Origin: a virus
Taxonomy: Duplodnaviria > Caudoviricetes
IMG/VR virus record: IMGVR_UViG_3300043932_000058
Span: 1 to 35,579 of that record
Direction: 5' to 3' (one strand)
Length of the DNA: 35,579 nucleotides
Shown: piece after piece, positions 25,606-32,413 of the stretch
How positions within the stretch are numbered: position 1 is the first letter of the stretch
How the letters are laid out: every line of letters begins with the position of its first letter
Notes under the pieces: generated by a model
What the model was told of the DNA's origin: nothing
The model's database searches: none
The model's input: only the letters and a program-made list of their open reading frames with translations
Made by a program: the position numbers and the translations under genes

Positions 25606-26469
25606 TTGAGTACATACTCAAGTTTGGCGACGAAAATCATGTCCACTACTAAACGTTCGTCGCGTGGTGGCGCGAAGATTCGGCGTGTGATCGTGCATCA
25701 CTGGGCTGGAACGTCGGGTGGTATCGAGCGCCTGGTGAACTCGAAGGACGCCGCGAGCGCGAACTATATCATTTTGAGTGACGGTGTGATTATCGGCTCG
25801 GTGCCGGAAGAATATCGCGCGTGGACGTCGGGATCGGCTGCGGCGGATAACCCGTCGATCACGGTCGAGGTGCAAAACTCGACGGGTGCGCCTAACTGGG
25901 AAGTCTCGGATGCGGCTATCGCGTCGCTGACCCGCCTGATCGCAGATGTGGCGAAGAGGTATGGTTTCACGCCGTCACGTGCCACAGTCCGGGGCCACCG
26001 GGAGTTTTACGCTACCGCCTGCCCAGGACCGTATCTGTATCCACGCCTGGCACAGATCGCCGCCAACGCTGCGGGAGGGGGAGCGCCTGCGCCCGCACCG
26101 GCTCCGGCTGCGACTCCCGCCGCCACATCCTCCGACACGTGGCCAGGATATGTGCTCAAGCTGGATGGCGATTTCGGCCCATACACGAAACGCGCATTGC
26201 AAACCTTGCTCGCGAAAATCGGCAAATACGATCGCGTAGTGGACGGCGACTTCGGTGTTCTATCGGTCAAGGCGATGCAAAACTGGCTCAAGGGCCTCGG
26301 CTACTACAGGCGTGTGGTGGATGGTCAGTGGGGGGCCTGGACTACGAAGGCGCTGCAAAACTTCCTGAAGTCGAAGGGTTTGTACACGCGGGTCGTGGAT
26401 GGCGATTTTGGTGCATGGACCGTCAAGGCGCTGCAAGCCTACCTCAATGACCAGCGGAAATACTTCTAG
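25606..26469 (+). CDS. endolysin: N-acetylmuramoyl-L-alanine amidase with C-terminal peptidoglycan-binding repeats
   Basis: VIVHHWAG, SANY, AWTSG, ITVE and GHREFYATACPG (Amidase_2 Zn ligands); Pro/Ala linker; four DGxF/WG..T/S.KA.Q repeats. Confidence 0.92.
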   Translation: MSTYSSLATKIMSTTKRSSRGGAKIRRVIVHHWAGTSGGIERLVNSKDAASANYIILSDGVIIGSVPEEYRAWTSGSAAADNPSITVEVQNSTGAPNWEVSDAAIASLTRLIADVAKRYGFTPSRATVRGHREFYATACPGPYLYPRLAQIAANAAGGGAPAPAPAPAATPAATSSDTWPGYVLKLDGDFGPYTKRALQTLLAKIGKYDRVVDGDFGVLSVKAMQNWLKGLGYYRRVVDGQWGAWTTKALQNFLKSKGLYTRVVDGDFGAWTVKALQAYLNDQRKYF

Positions 26470-26479
26470 GAGGCACCTC

Positions 26480-26761
26480 GTGAACACCACTGATTCAACT
26501 ATCCAACAGGTAGCCACCCGTATGATCCCGGAGAAGATCCGCTGGGGTATCCTCCTAGCGGTCTTTGTTCTCCAGTCGGTCACGGCCGCGCTTCTCGCCG
26601 CATATTCGGCGATCGGGGAAGACTCCCCCGTTTGGATCTCTTTCGCTGCGGCATTCCTACTCGCGATCTCCGCACCAGTCACTCTCCTAGCAGCCGTCAA
26701 CGTCACCAAAACACCCGCGGGCGTCGCTATGGGAGCCGCGACCTCTACCGACGCGGGGTGA
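26480..26761 (+). CDS. holin-like membrane protein (2 TM)
   Basis: AGGAGG RBS before GTG 26480; two hydrophobic segments; follows the endolysin. Confidence 0.7.
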   Translation: MNTTDSTIQQVATRMIPEKIRWGILLAVFVLQSVTAALLAAYSAIGEDSPVWISFAAAFLLAISAPVTLLAAVNVTKTPAGVAMGAATSTDAG

Positions 26762-26764
26762 CCT

Positions 26765-27034
26765 ATGGGCGGCATTGATACTGGTATCATCGTCGCGGCT
26801 ATCGCGGCAGTAGGAGGAGTCGTGGTGGCCTGGATAAAATGGCGCACCGACCACGAGGCAAACTCGATCGCCGTACTGAAGGTCCTGGTAGAAGAGCAAG
26901 GCGAACAGATCGACCGGCTGCAAGAACGCGTCGATCGACTCGAATCAGAACTACGTGGAGAGAAAGACTACACGGCGTCGCTTCGGGATCACATTTACAA
27001 GAGGCTTCCACCGCCGCCGCCCCCACATCCATAA
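26765..27034 (+). CDS. single-TM coiled-coil lysis-cassette membrane protein
   Basis: N-terminal TM, heptad coiled coil and poly-Pro C-terminus. Confidence 0.7.
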   Translation: MGGIDTGIIVAAIAAVGGVVVAWIKWRTDHEANSIAVLKVLVEEQGEQIDRLQERVDRLESELRGEKDYTASLRDHIYKRLPPPPPPHP

Positions 27035-27076
27035 AAACTTTCCCCGGTCGCCCTGATGGGTGGCCGGGGAGTTTTT
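27033..27076. terminator. bidirectional intrinsic terminator between the lysis cassette and the leftward accessory operon
   Basis: AAAAACT-T-TCCCCGGTCGCCC-TGAT-GGGTGGCCGGGGA-GTTTTT. Confidence 0.85.
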
Positions 27077-27163
27077 CTATCCCCGTCTGCACGGGGAACA
27101 TTCCTGCTGCACCGATATTTGGTTAACGTAATATCGGCTCATCCCCGTCTGCACGGGGAACAT
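27073..27163 (-). CRISPR. cas-less type I-E-like CRISPR mini-array (2 repeats, one 33-nt spacer)
   Basis: Minus strand reads ATGTTCCCCGTGCAGACGGGGATGAGCCG (27163-27135), spacer ATATTACGTTAACCAAATATCGGTGCAGCAGGA (27134-27102), then ATGTTCCCCGTGCAGACGGGGATagaaaa (27101-27073). The 29-nt repeat has a 7-bp stem and an ATGAGCCG handle, matching the I-E pattern GTGTTCCCCGC..GCGGGGATnAnCCG. Confidence 0.88.
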
Positions 27164-27176
27164 TGACTCGATGGTA

Positions 27177-27800
27177 TCACTCCTCCCTGGCTTGCGCACG
27201 GGTCTTCATTTGATAGATCGCGGAACGGTCAATCTTGTAGCGGCGGGCGAGCGTGGTGGCGGATTCGCCATCCGCGAGCGCCTGGAGGATCATACGGTCG
27301 CGTTTTTCGACGAGGGTAGCGGCGAGTCTGCGGGCGGCTTCTAGCGCTGCCTGGGTGGGGTCGAGGTTGGTGTGCCAGTCGTCGAGGGCGGCGAGCTCTT
27401 TCCGGTAGGAGGCTTGCATGATTTCGGCGGAGTTGGACCCTGGGTCTGTGCCCCTGTATTGGGTGGGGAGTCGGTGGCCGTGGTCGGTGCGGGCTTCCCA
27501 TGCGGGGGTGATCTGCCAGGCGCCGAGGTGGTAGGTGGCGCGGTGTGGGTGGCCTGAGGGGATGATCCTTTTCGGGTTCCGCTCGTCGGGCACTCCGGCA
27601 GTGACGAGGAGGATTGAGGGTTCTTCTTTCTTGTCGTCGGGGTCTCCTGGTTTTTTGTCTCCGTCGTGGAGGATGTCCCATACGATGATCCAGCCGTCTG
27701 TCTGCTGGGTGGTGCCGTCGGTGAGGTGGTAGAGGTTTTTGACGGGGTAGGCGGTGCCGGGCTGGTAGTCGAGGAGGCCGGCGGTGACGGTGTGCTCCAT
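27177..27800 (-). CDS. unknown N-terminal domain fused to a C-terminal HTH (Aca-like regulator candidate)
   Basis: AGAAAGGAA RBS before ATG 27800; C-terminal RDRMILQALADGESATTLARRYKIDRSAIYQMK is an HTH pattern. Confidence 0.75.
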   Translation of the reverse strand: MEHTVTAGLLDYQPGTAYPVKNLYHLTDGTTQQTDGWIIVWDILHDGDKKPGDPDDKKEEPSILLVTAGVPDERNPKRIIPSGHPHRATYHLGAWQITPAWEARTDHGHRLPTQYRGTDPGSNSAEIMQASYRKELAALDDWHTNLDPTQAALEAARRLAATLVEKRDRMILQALADGESATTLARRYKIDRSAIYQMKTRAQAREE

Positions 27801-27828
27801 GAGCGGGGTTCCTTTCTGGTGGTGTTGG

Positions 27829-28170
27829 TTAGGCTGCGAAATCGAAGCCGGTGACAACGTCGAGGTCGAGGCCGAGGATTTCGGCGGCCTGCTCGTCGTC
27901 CATGACGTCTCCGCCCATCGCGTTGGCGAAGCCGTCGCCGTCTGCGGTGCGGCCCCAAGAGGGTACGTGGTAGAGGCCCTGGGTCTCGTCTGCGTACTCG
28001 TAGAGGGCGCGGGCGATGCCTTCGCCTTGGTGGTCGGCGTCGACTTCGACGTTGAGGATGAGGCCGGAGGTGTGGGCTAGGAGGTATCCGACTTCTTCGC
28101 CGTCGATGATTGCGGCGTAGCGGGTGCTGTCGAGTCCGTCTGTGGTTTGGGTGGTGGTTGTGATTTCCAT
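27829..28170 (-). CDS. minimal GNAT-family acetyltransferase
   Basis: ILNVEVDADHQGEGIARALY is the GNAT motif A acetyl-CoA loop; AGAGGAAAAG RBS; 113 aa and very acidic. Confidence 0.8.
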   Translation of the reverse strand: MEITTTTQTTDGLDSTRYAAIIDGEEVGYLLAHTSGLILNVEVDADHQGEGIARALYEYADETQGLYHVPSWGRTADGDGFANAMGGDVMDDEQAAEILGLDLDVVTGFDFAA

Positions 28171-28195
28171 TTTCTTTTCCTCTCTGCCTTACACT

Positions 28196-28228
28196 GTCTA
28201 GTGTACTCGACACTAGACGAACATGCAA
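28196..28228 (-). promoter_or_regulatory. leftward sigma-A promoter overlapped by a palindromic operator
   Basis: Minus strand TTGCAT (28228-28223), N17, TACACT (28205-28200); perfect inverted repeat GTCTAGTGT-N5-ACACTAGAC at 28196-28218. Confidence 0.8.
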
Positions 28229-28311
28229 GAAGGAAGATGTAATTCACGCCACAAAAGATGTTTTCAGTTAGCCGCCGCATAGCCGACGCGATGCAATAGG
28301 AAGACGTGAGA

Positions 28312-28569
28312 TGCTAAAGACTTGCTAAAAAATCACCGCCGGATCCACGCGGCCACAGCGCCTCAATTCATAACGTGACCTGCGCAAACTCCTTGGTGCC
28401 CCGAACAGGATTCGAACCTGCGGCCTTCTGCTCCGGAGGCAGACGCTCTACAATTTCCGCGGTAGACTGGCCTCGGCAAACAGCCTGCTCACGTGGCAAA
28501 ACAGCCTAAACCCTTGTGCACAGCGGCGGCTATGCCTAGGCTACTAGTTGCTAAAAGAGTTGCTAAAAG
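28312..28569. repeat. putative integrase arm-type sites flanking the attP core
   Basis: TGCTAAA pairs at 28312 and 28323 on the left; TTGCTAAAAG at 28548 and 28560 on the right. Confidence 0.7.
28394..28450 (-). other. attP core: 3' portion of tRNA-Arg(CCG)
   Basis: Minus strand TAGAGCGTCTGCCTCCGGAGCAGAAGGCCGCAGGTTCGAATCCTGTTCGGGGCACCA has the anticodon arm (CCG), T-arm GGTTCGAATCC and CCA end. The 5' acceptor/D-arm half is missing, and the integrase is adjacent. Confidence 0.9.
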
Positions 28570-28581
28570 GATCGGGGAGGC

Positions 28582-29865
28582 ATGAAAGCTCGCACACGGA
28601 AGCCGAAACGCGGCCACAAAACCCTCTACGGCAAAGGGTCGTTCTACTATCGTGAGAAGGATAATCGGTGGGTGGGTGCATTTCTCGCCGGGCAAACCAG
28701 ATCCGGTAAGCCTCGCCGGATCGTCGTCACCGACCAGCGCGAAGATGAGGCGTGGCGAAAATACGTCGAGGCCCAAGAAAGGTGGATCAAGGAGGGGCCG
28801 CTGCCCGACGGCCTACAGGCCGGGCAGACCGTCAGCGGGTGGGCCACTCACTGGCTCGACTCCCGCAAAGGCGTCGTACGGCCAAAGACTCAAGCGCAGG
28901 ACAAGACGAACGTCAACAAATGGATCGTGCCCACCATCGGCTCCATCAAGCTCGAAAAACTCACCGCCGCCCACATGCGCAAGGTAGGGGATGCCGTGCT
29001 CACTGCCGGAAACTCACTCTCCGCCGCGAACTCCGCCCAGCGCACACTCAATAAATTGCTCCGTGACGCTGTAGCCGACGGATACCGCGTGCCAGAACGT
29101 ATCTTCGCTGCGTCCAAAATGTCGCGCGGATCATCAGAGCGTACCCGCATGTCCAAAGATGAGGTACGCAAAACGTTCTCCAAAGCATTCGAGCTTCACC
29201 CCGATGCCGTCCGATTCTTCATCGCAGTGCTCTACGGCTCGCGTCAATCCGAAGTTCTCGGCCTCACCTGGGATCGCGTAATCTTCTACGACGACGTGCC
29301 CGAAGGCTCAACGGTCGTGGGGGAGCTGAGATTGTCATTCCAGGTACAGCAGCTCCCGAAAGATCCGGACACAGGCAAGCCTGTAGCGAAGCGCGACGAT
29401 GAGATAATCCACCTCGTCGATTCCTGGTATCTCGTGCCCACGAAAACGGAGGCTGGGAAACGTACCGTGCCACTCGTCTCCCCGGTGGCGAAGGAACTCA
29501 AAGCGTGGAAAGCGAAATGTAAGGCCGCGAAATACAAGAACCCGCACAACCTCGTTTTCCCGCGCATAACCGGAATGTCCACCTACCTCGGCTATCCCCG
29601 CAATGCCAAGCAAGACGCGAAAGACTGGCGCACGATCCAAGACGCCGCCAACGTCCATAAGCCCGACGGATCATACTATCTACTCCACGAAGCTCGACAT
29701 TCGATGATCTCCATGCTCGCCGACGCGCGGGTGCCACGCCACATCATCGAGATGCTGGTAGGTCAGACAGAGCTAGTCGAATCCTACGTTCATGGCGAAA
29801 TGGAGACAGCCGCCCGCGCCATCACCGACGTTCTAGTACCACTACTGCCCGAAGGTGCGCGATAG
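28582..29865 (+). CDS. int: tyrosine integrase
   Basis: N-terminal arm-binding domain (GKGSFY..RWVG); catalytic R (YGSRQSEVLGLTWD), K (TKTEAGKR), HEARH and Y (ESYVH). Confidence 0.93.
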   Translation: MKARTRKPKRGHKTLYGKGSFYYREKDNRWVGAFLAGQTRSGKPRRIVVTDQREDEAWRKYVEAQERWIKEGPLPDGLQAGQTVSGWATHWLDSRKGVVRPKTQAQDKTNVNKWIVPTIGSIKLEKLTAAHMRKVGDAVLTAGNSLSAANSAQRTLNKLLRDAVADGYRVPERIFAASKMSRGSSERTRMSKDEVRKTFSKAFELHPDAVRFFIAVLYGSRQSEVLGLTWDRVIFYDDVPEGSTVVGELRLSFQVQQLPKDPDTGKPVAKRDDEIIHLVDSWYLVPTKTEAGKRTVPLVSPVAKELKAWKAKCKAAKYKNPHNLVFPRITGMSTYLGYPRNAKQDAKDWRTIQDAANVHKPDGSYYLLHEARHSMISMLADARVPRHIIEMLVGQTELVESYVHGEMETAARAITDVLVPLLPEGAR

Positions 29866-29867
29866 AG

Positions 29868-29915
29868 AAGGCCCAGACTCTCCGATTATCTGGAGAGTCT
29901 GGGCCTTTATTTCTT
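29868..29915. terminator. terminator between the convergent integrase and repressor genes
   Basis: 16-bp perfect stem AAGGCCCAGACTCTCC-N8-GGAGAGTCTGGGCCTT followed by TATTTCTT. Confidence 0.85.
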
Positions 29916-30148
29916 TACATCCTCCTCATTGCCGCTTGCAGTAAATCCTCTGGGCTTATTCCGAACACGTTCGCCGCATTTGCGACATCGTCCAAGGTGA
30001 AGTCGGCTCGGTATTTATATCTCTCGCCGACATATGGGTGGGTAACGCCAATCATGGTTGCGAACTCTCGGTTCGACCAACCGCGAACGGCCTGGCGACT
30101 CTTGATCTCATCCGCGACGGCCCTCGCCAGTGGGCCACCGGTGTTCAT
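29915..30148 (-). CDS. immunity repressor (XRE/Cro-C1 HTH)
   Basis: RGWSNREFATMIGVTHPYVGER...FTLDDV...FGISPEDLL; divergent from the Cro-like gene. The likely start is ATG 30148, with GTG 30187 as an alternative. Confidence 0.8.
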   Translation of the reverse strand: MNTGGPLARAVADEIKSRQAVRGWSNREFATMIGVTHPYVGERYKYRADFTLDDVANAANVFGISPEDLLQAAMRRM

Positions 30149-30167
30149 TTTCCTGGTCACAACATCA

Positions 30168-30253
30168 ATGGTAATAGTTTTTTCCACCGATGGAAACAGT
30201 TGCTACCAACGGTAATAGTTGTTACCATTGGCGCTATGGAAACAACTATTACC
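30168..30253. promoter_or_regulatory. lysis/lysogeny switch: four 16-bp operators and divergent promoters
   Basis: Operators GGTAATAGTTTTTTCC (30170), GGAAACAGTTGCTACC (30192), GGTAATAGTTGTTACC (30211) and GGAAACAACTATTACC (30238). Rightward promoter TTGCTA-N17-TACCAT (30200-30228); leftward TTTCCA-N17-TACCAT (30196-30168). Confidence 0.85.
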
Positions 30254-30469
30254 AGATTTGCGCAGAAGGTAGCCGAGAACCTCCGCGCTGAAATGGCTCG
30301 CAAGAATCTCGGAATCAACGAACTCGCCCAAGCTCTCCAGTGCTCCCGCCCAACCGCCCGTAGTCGATTCTATGGACGAAGCGCCCTAACACTCGGAGAG
30401 CTTTCCGCTGCCGCCACGTGGCTCGGCATCACCGTAGACGACCTGACCCACGAGAAGGTCGCGGCATGA
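30236..30469 (+). CDS. Cro-like XRE HTH protein (probably leaderless)
   Basis: NLRAEMARKNLGINELAQALQCSRPTARSR...LTLGEL; the ATG lies 7 nt after the -10 and there is no SD. Confidence 0.85.
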   Translation: METTITRFAQKVAENLRAEMARKNLGINELAQALQCSRPTARSRFYGRSALTLGELSAAATWLGITVDDLTHEKVAA

Positions 30470-30558
30470 GCGGGAAGCATATCGAATTAGGAGATGCTAC
30501 CCTCGCCCCCTTCTTCAAGGGCCTCAAGACGCTCCATGCGGAAGGTGGTGTGAAGTGA
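30466..30558 (+). CDS. 30-aa hypothetical peptide (not in the ORF track)
   Basis: MSGKHIELGDATLAPFFKGLKTLHAEGGVK*; ATGA and GTGA overlaps with both neighbours. Confidence 0.55.
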   Translation: MSGKHIELGDATLAPFFKGLKTLHAEGGVK

Positions 30559-31376
30559 CTGAGGTTGTCGAGAATCCACTCACCCACAGCGAGGCTGAGC
30601 GGATCACTGAACGAATTCGGCTCACGGTTGATTCCACCTCACGCAATCTTGCAAAGCTCGCCGAGCTGGTAGCAGAAGCGTTCTCCCGCCGCGCGGATCT
30701 CGCTATGGGCTATGGTTCGTGGGACGAGTATTCGCGGGCGGAGTTTGGGGAAAAGGCAAGTAACCTTGCGCCAGAGTTCCGCCGCCAGCTCGTCGGCATG
30801 CTGAGCGCAGAGGGTATGAGTACGCGGGCAATCGCGCCAGCGGTAGGCAAAGATCATTCAACTGTGGTTCGCGACCGCCAGGTGGTGCAGGATGCACCAC
30901 CTGCCCCGACCGATGGGGTAACGAAACGCGACCCCATCCCCGAAACACCTCCCGCCGGCTCAACTCTCGCCACCACCGATCGTGTGATCGTTGCCGAGCA
31001 ACGGCATGTGGATATGGATACCGGCGAGGTTATCGAACCTAAGCCGGAGCCGCGCAAAGTCACTGGACTGGACGGGAAGCAATACACGCAACCTAAGCCA
31101 CGTCCGAAACCGCACGTAATCGACACCGCCGAAGAAGCAGACCTGATAAACGCGAAAACCTCGGCGACGCGTATCGGCTCCGGGCTGATGACCCTCGAAA
31201 GTTTCACCGTCCCTGAACACCGCCACCGGGTACTCACCAGATGGTGGCCTAAGGGCAAAGAGTTTGTGCCTCCAGACGAGCGCGAACTCTTCCAACCGAA
31301 GGCACTGCGCGCCATCGCAGACGCCCTCAATCAACTCGCAAACGAAATGGAGGCACTAGAGCATGAACAACTCTAA
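30555..31376 (+). CDS. HTH-containing early protein
   Basis: LSAEGMSTRAIAPAVGKDHSTVVRD HTH; MGYGSWDEY motif; VTGLDGKQY motif. Confidence 0.7.
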   Translation: MTEVVENPLTHSEAERITERIRLTVDSTSRNLAKLAELVAEAFSRRADLAMGYGSWDEYSRAEFGEKASNLAPEFRRQLVGMLSAEGMSTRAIAPAVGKDHSTVVRDRQVVQDAPPAPTDGVTKRDPIPETPPAGSTLATTDRVIVAEQRHVDMDTGEVIEPKPEPRKVTGLDGKQYTQPKPRPKPHVIDTAEEADLINAKTSATRIGSGLMTLESFTVPEHRHRVLTRWWPKGKEFVPPDERELFQPKALRAIADALNQLANEMEALEHEQL

Positions 31377-31869
31377 AGACATGGTAGCGCAAATCTACCG
31401 AGAAACAGTATCGCAAGGCAGGGGCAACGCCGTCGCACGGCGAGACGCTTTCGAAGAAGCACTGGAGCGTATCGAGCATGAGGTAGCTCTCGGCAATATC
31501 GAGATCGACACTCGCGCCGCGATCATGGCAATGCTCGTCAAAGCTGACGAGTCGGACGGGACCCGCGCCGACACGGTAATCAAAGGGGCCGCACGTGGAG
31601 CCTACGAGCTCACCGAACTCGATTTGCAGTACGTGGTCACGCTCGGCGGCGGGATGCGCAAGACGTGGGAGTTCGTCACCGTCGATGACTTGGTGGTGAT
31701 GAATGAGATCCGCTTCCAAAACTATCGCGCCGCCGTCCTTTCTTACCGCGATTTCAAGGACAACATTTCGACGATTCGCCCGCTCATCCAGGTTTATGGG
31801 ACGTTCGGCGAAGCGTTCCGCGCCGGAGCTTTCCCTCCCGTCAATCTCTTCACAAAGAAGGCTGCCTGA
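31363..31869 (+). CDS. hypothetical protein
   Basis: GGAGG RBS; overlaps the upstream gene. Confidence 0.7.
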   Translation: MNNSKDMVAQIYRETVSQGRGNAVARRDAFEEALERIEHEVALGNIEIDTRAAIMAMLVKADESDGTRADTVIKGAARGAYELTELDLQYVVTLGGGMRKTWEFVTVDDLVVMNEIRFQNYRAAVLSYRDFKDNISTIRPLIQVYGTFGEAFRAGAFPPVNLFTKKAA

Positions 31870-31870
31870 T

Positions 31871-32083
31871 ATGTCGAAGATTCTTTACACGCCAGCTGAG
31901 GCTGCCGAGCAGGTCGGTGTGACCGAAGAGGATATCCGGCTCGCCATCAATCAGTCCGATGCCCCATCGCGGCAGGACAGGTTCAAGTACCCGCCGCTAC
32001 CAGCAAAAACGTTGAAACGTGGCAAGACAGCAATCCTCCACGATGACCTCGTGGAGTGGGCACGCCAACTACCAGACGCCTAA
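31871..32083 (+). CDS. excisionase-like winged-HTH protein
   Basis: ILYTPAEAAEQVGVTEEDIRLAI...LPAK...AILHDDLVEW. Confidence 0.7.
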   Translation: MSKILYTPAEAAEQVGVTEEDIRLAINQSDAPSRQDRFKYPPLPAKTLKRGKTAILHDDLVEWARQLPDA

Positions 32084-32092
32084 GGAGCCCCC

Positions 32093-32413
32093 GTGTACTC
32101 AAACGAAGCTGTACAGAAGTTAACCGATTCCCTGACGCGTCGAGCTGATCGTGCCTCCGAGGTTGTCGAAGAGCTCGACCGGCTAGATTCACCAAGTCTG
32201 CCTGCTGCCGAAGCGAAATCCCGTGAGGCGCAAGATGCCCTCGCCGTCGTCCAAGCGTGGGCTAAGAGGGAGGAACTTCCCGACCCTACTCCCGCGCCAA
32301 CCGAGATCGACAACCTCAAGGCCGAGAACTCCCGCCTCCGTGAGCTTCTGGGCCTGATCGATGGTCACGCTGGTGAGATTGTCAGCGCGCTCGCAGGGGA
32401 GGTGAGTGAGTGA
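32093..32413 (+). CDS. hypothetical coiled-coil protein
   Basis: AAGGAG RBS; open frame within the early operon. Confidence 0.7.
   Translation: MYSNEAVQKLTDSLTRRADRASEVVEELDRLDSPSLPAAEAKSREAQDALAVVQAWAKREELPDPTPAPTEIDNLKAENSRLRELLGLIDGHAGEIVSALAGEVSE

Noticed and set aside
26160-26450. Repeated GTGGA(C/T)GG(C/T)GA units as a possible DNA repeat array
   Set aside because: They are explained by the four peptidoglycan-binding repeats of the endolysin.
27041-27070. Third CRISPR repeat (TCCCCG...CGGGGA)
   Set aside because: The stem is longer and different in sequence, is flanked by A/T tracts and is not at the 62-nt period. It is better explained as a terminator.
27073-28170. Autonomous phage CRISPR-Cas system
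   Set aside because: Neither adjacent ORF shows Cas motifs I can recognise, and there is no leader or cas1/cas2. The array would depend on host proteins.
27177-28170. GNAT toxin-antitoxin pair
   Set aside because: Not excluded, but AtaT/TacT-type toxins are larger and follow an upstream RHH antitoxin. Here the GNAT is minimal, acidic and first in the operon.
27229-28280. Long alternative-frame ORFs (27341-28228, 27229-27681, 28077-28280)
   Set aside because: These are Arg/Pro/Thr-rich shadow frames overlapping two better genes that have an RBS and recognisable motifs.
28394-28470. Complete phage-encoded tRNA-Arg gene
   Set aside because: The 5' acceptor strand and first half of the D-arm are absent. 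The position beside the integrase and arm-like repeats fits an attP core.
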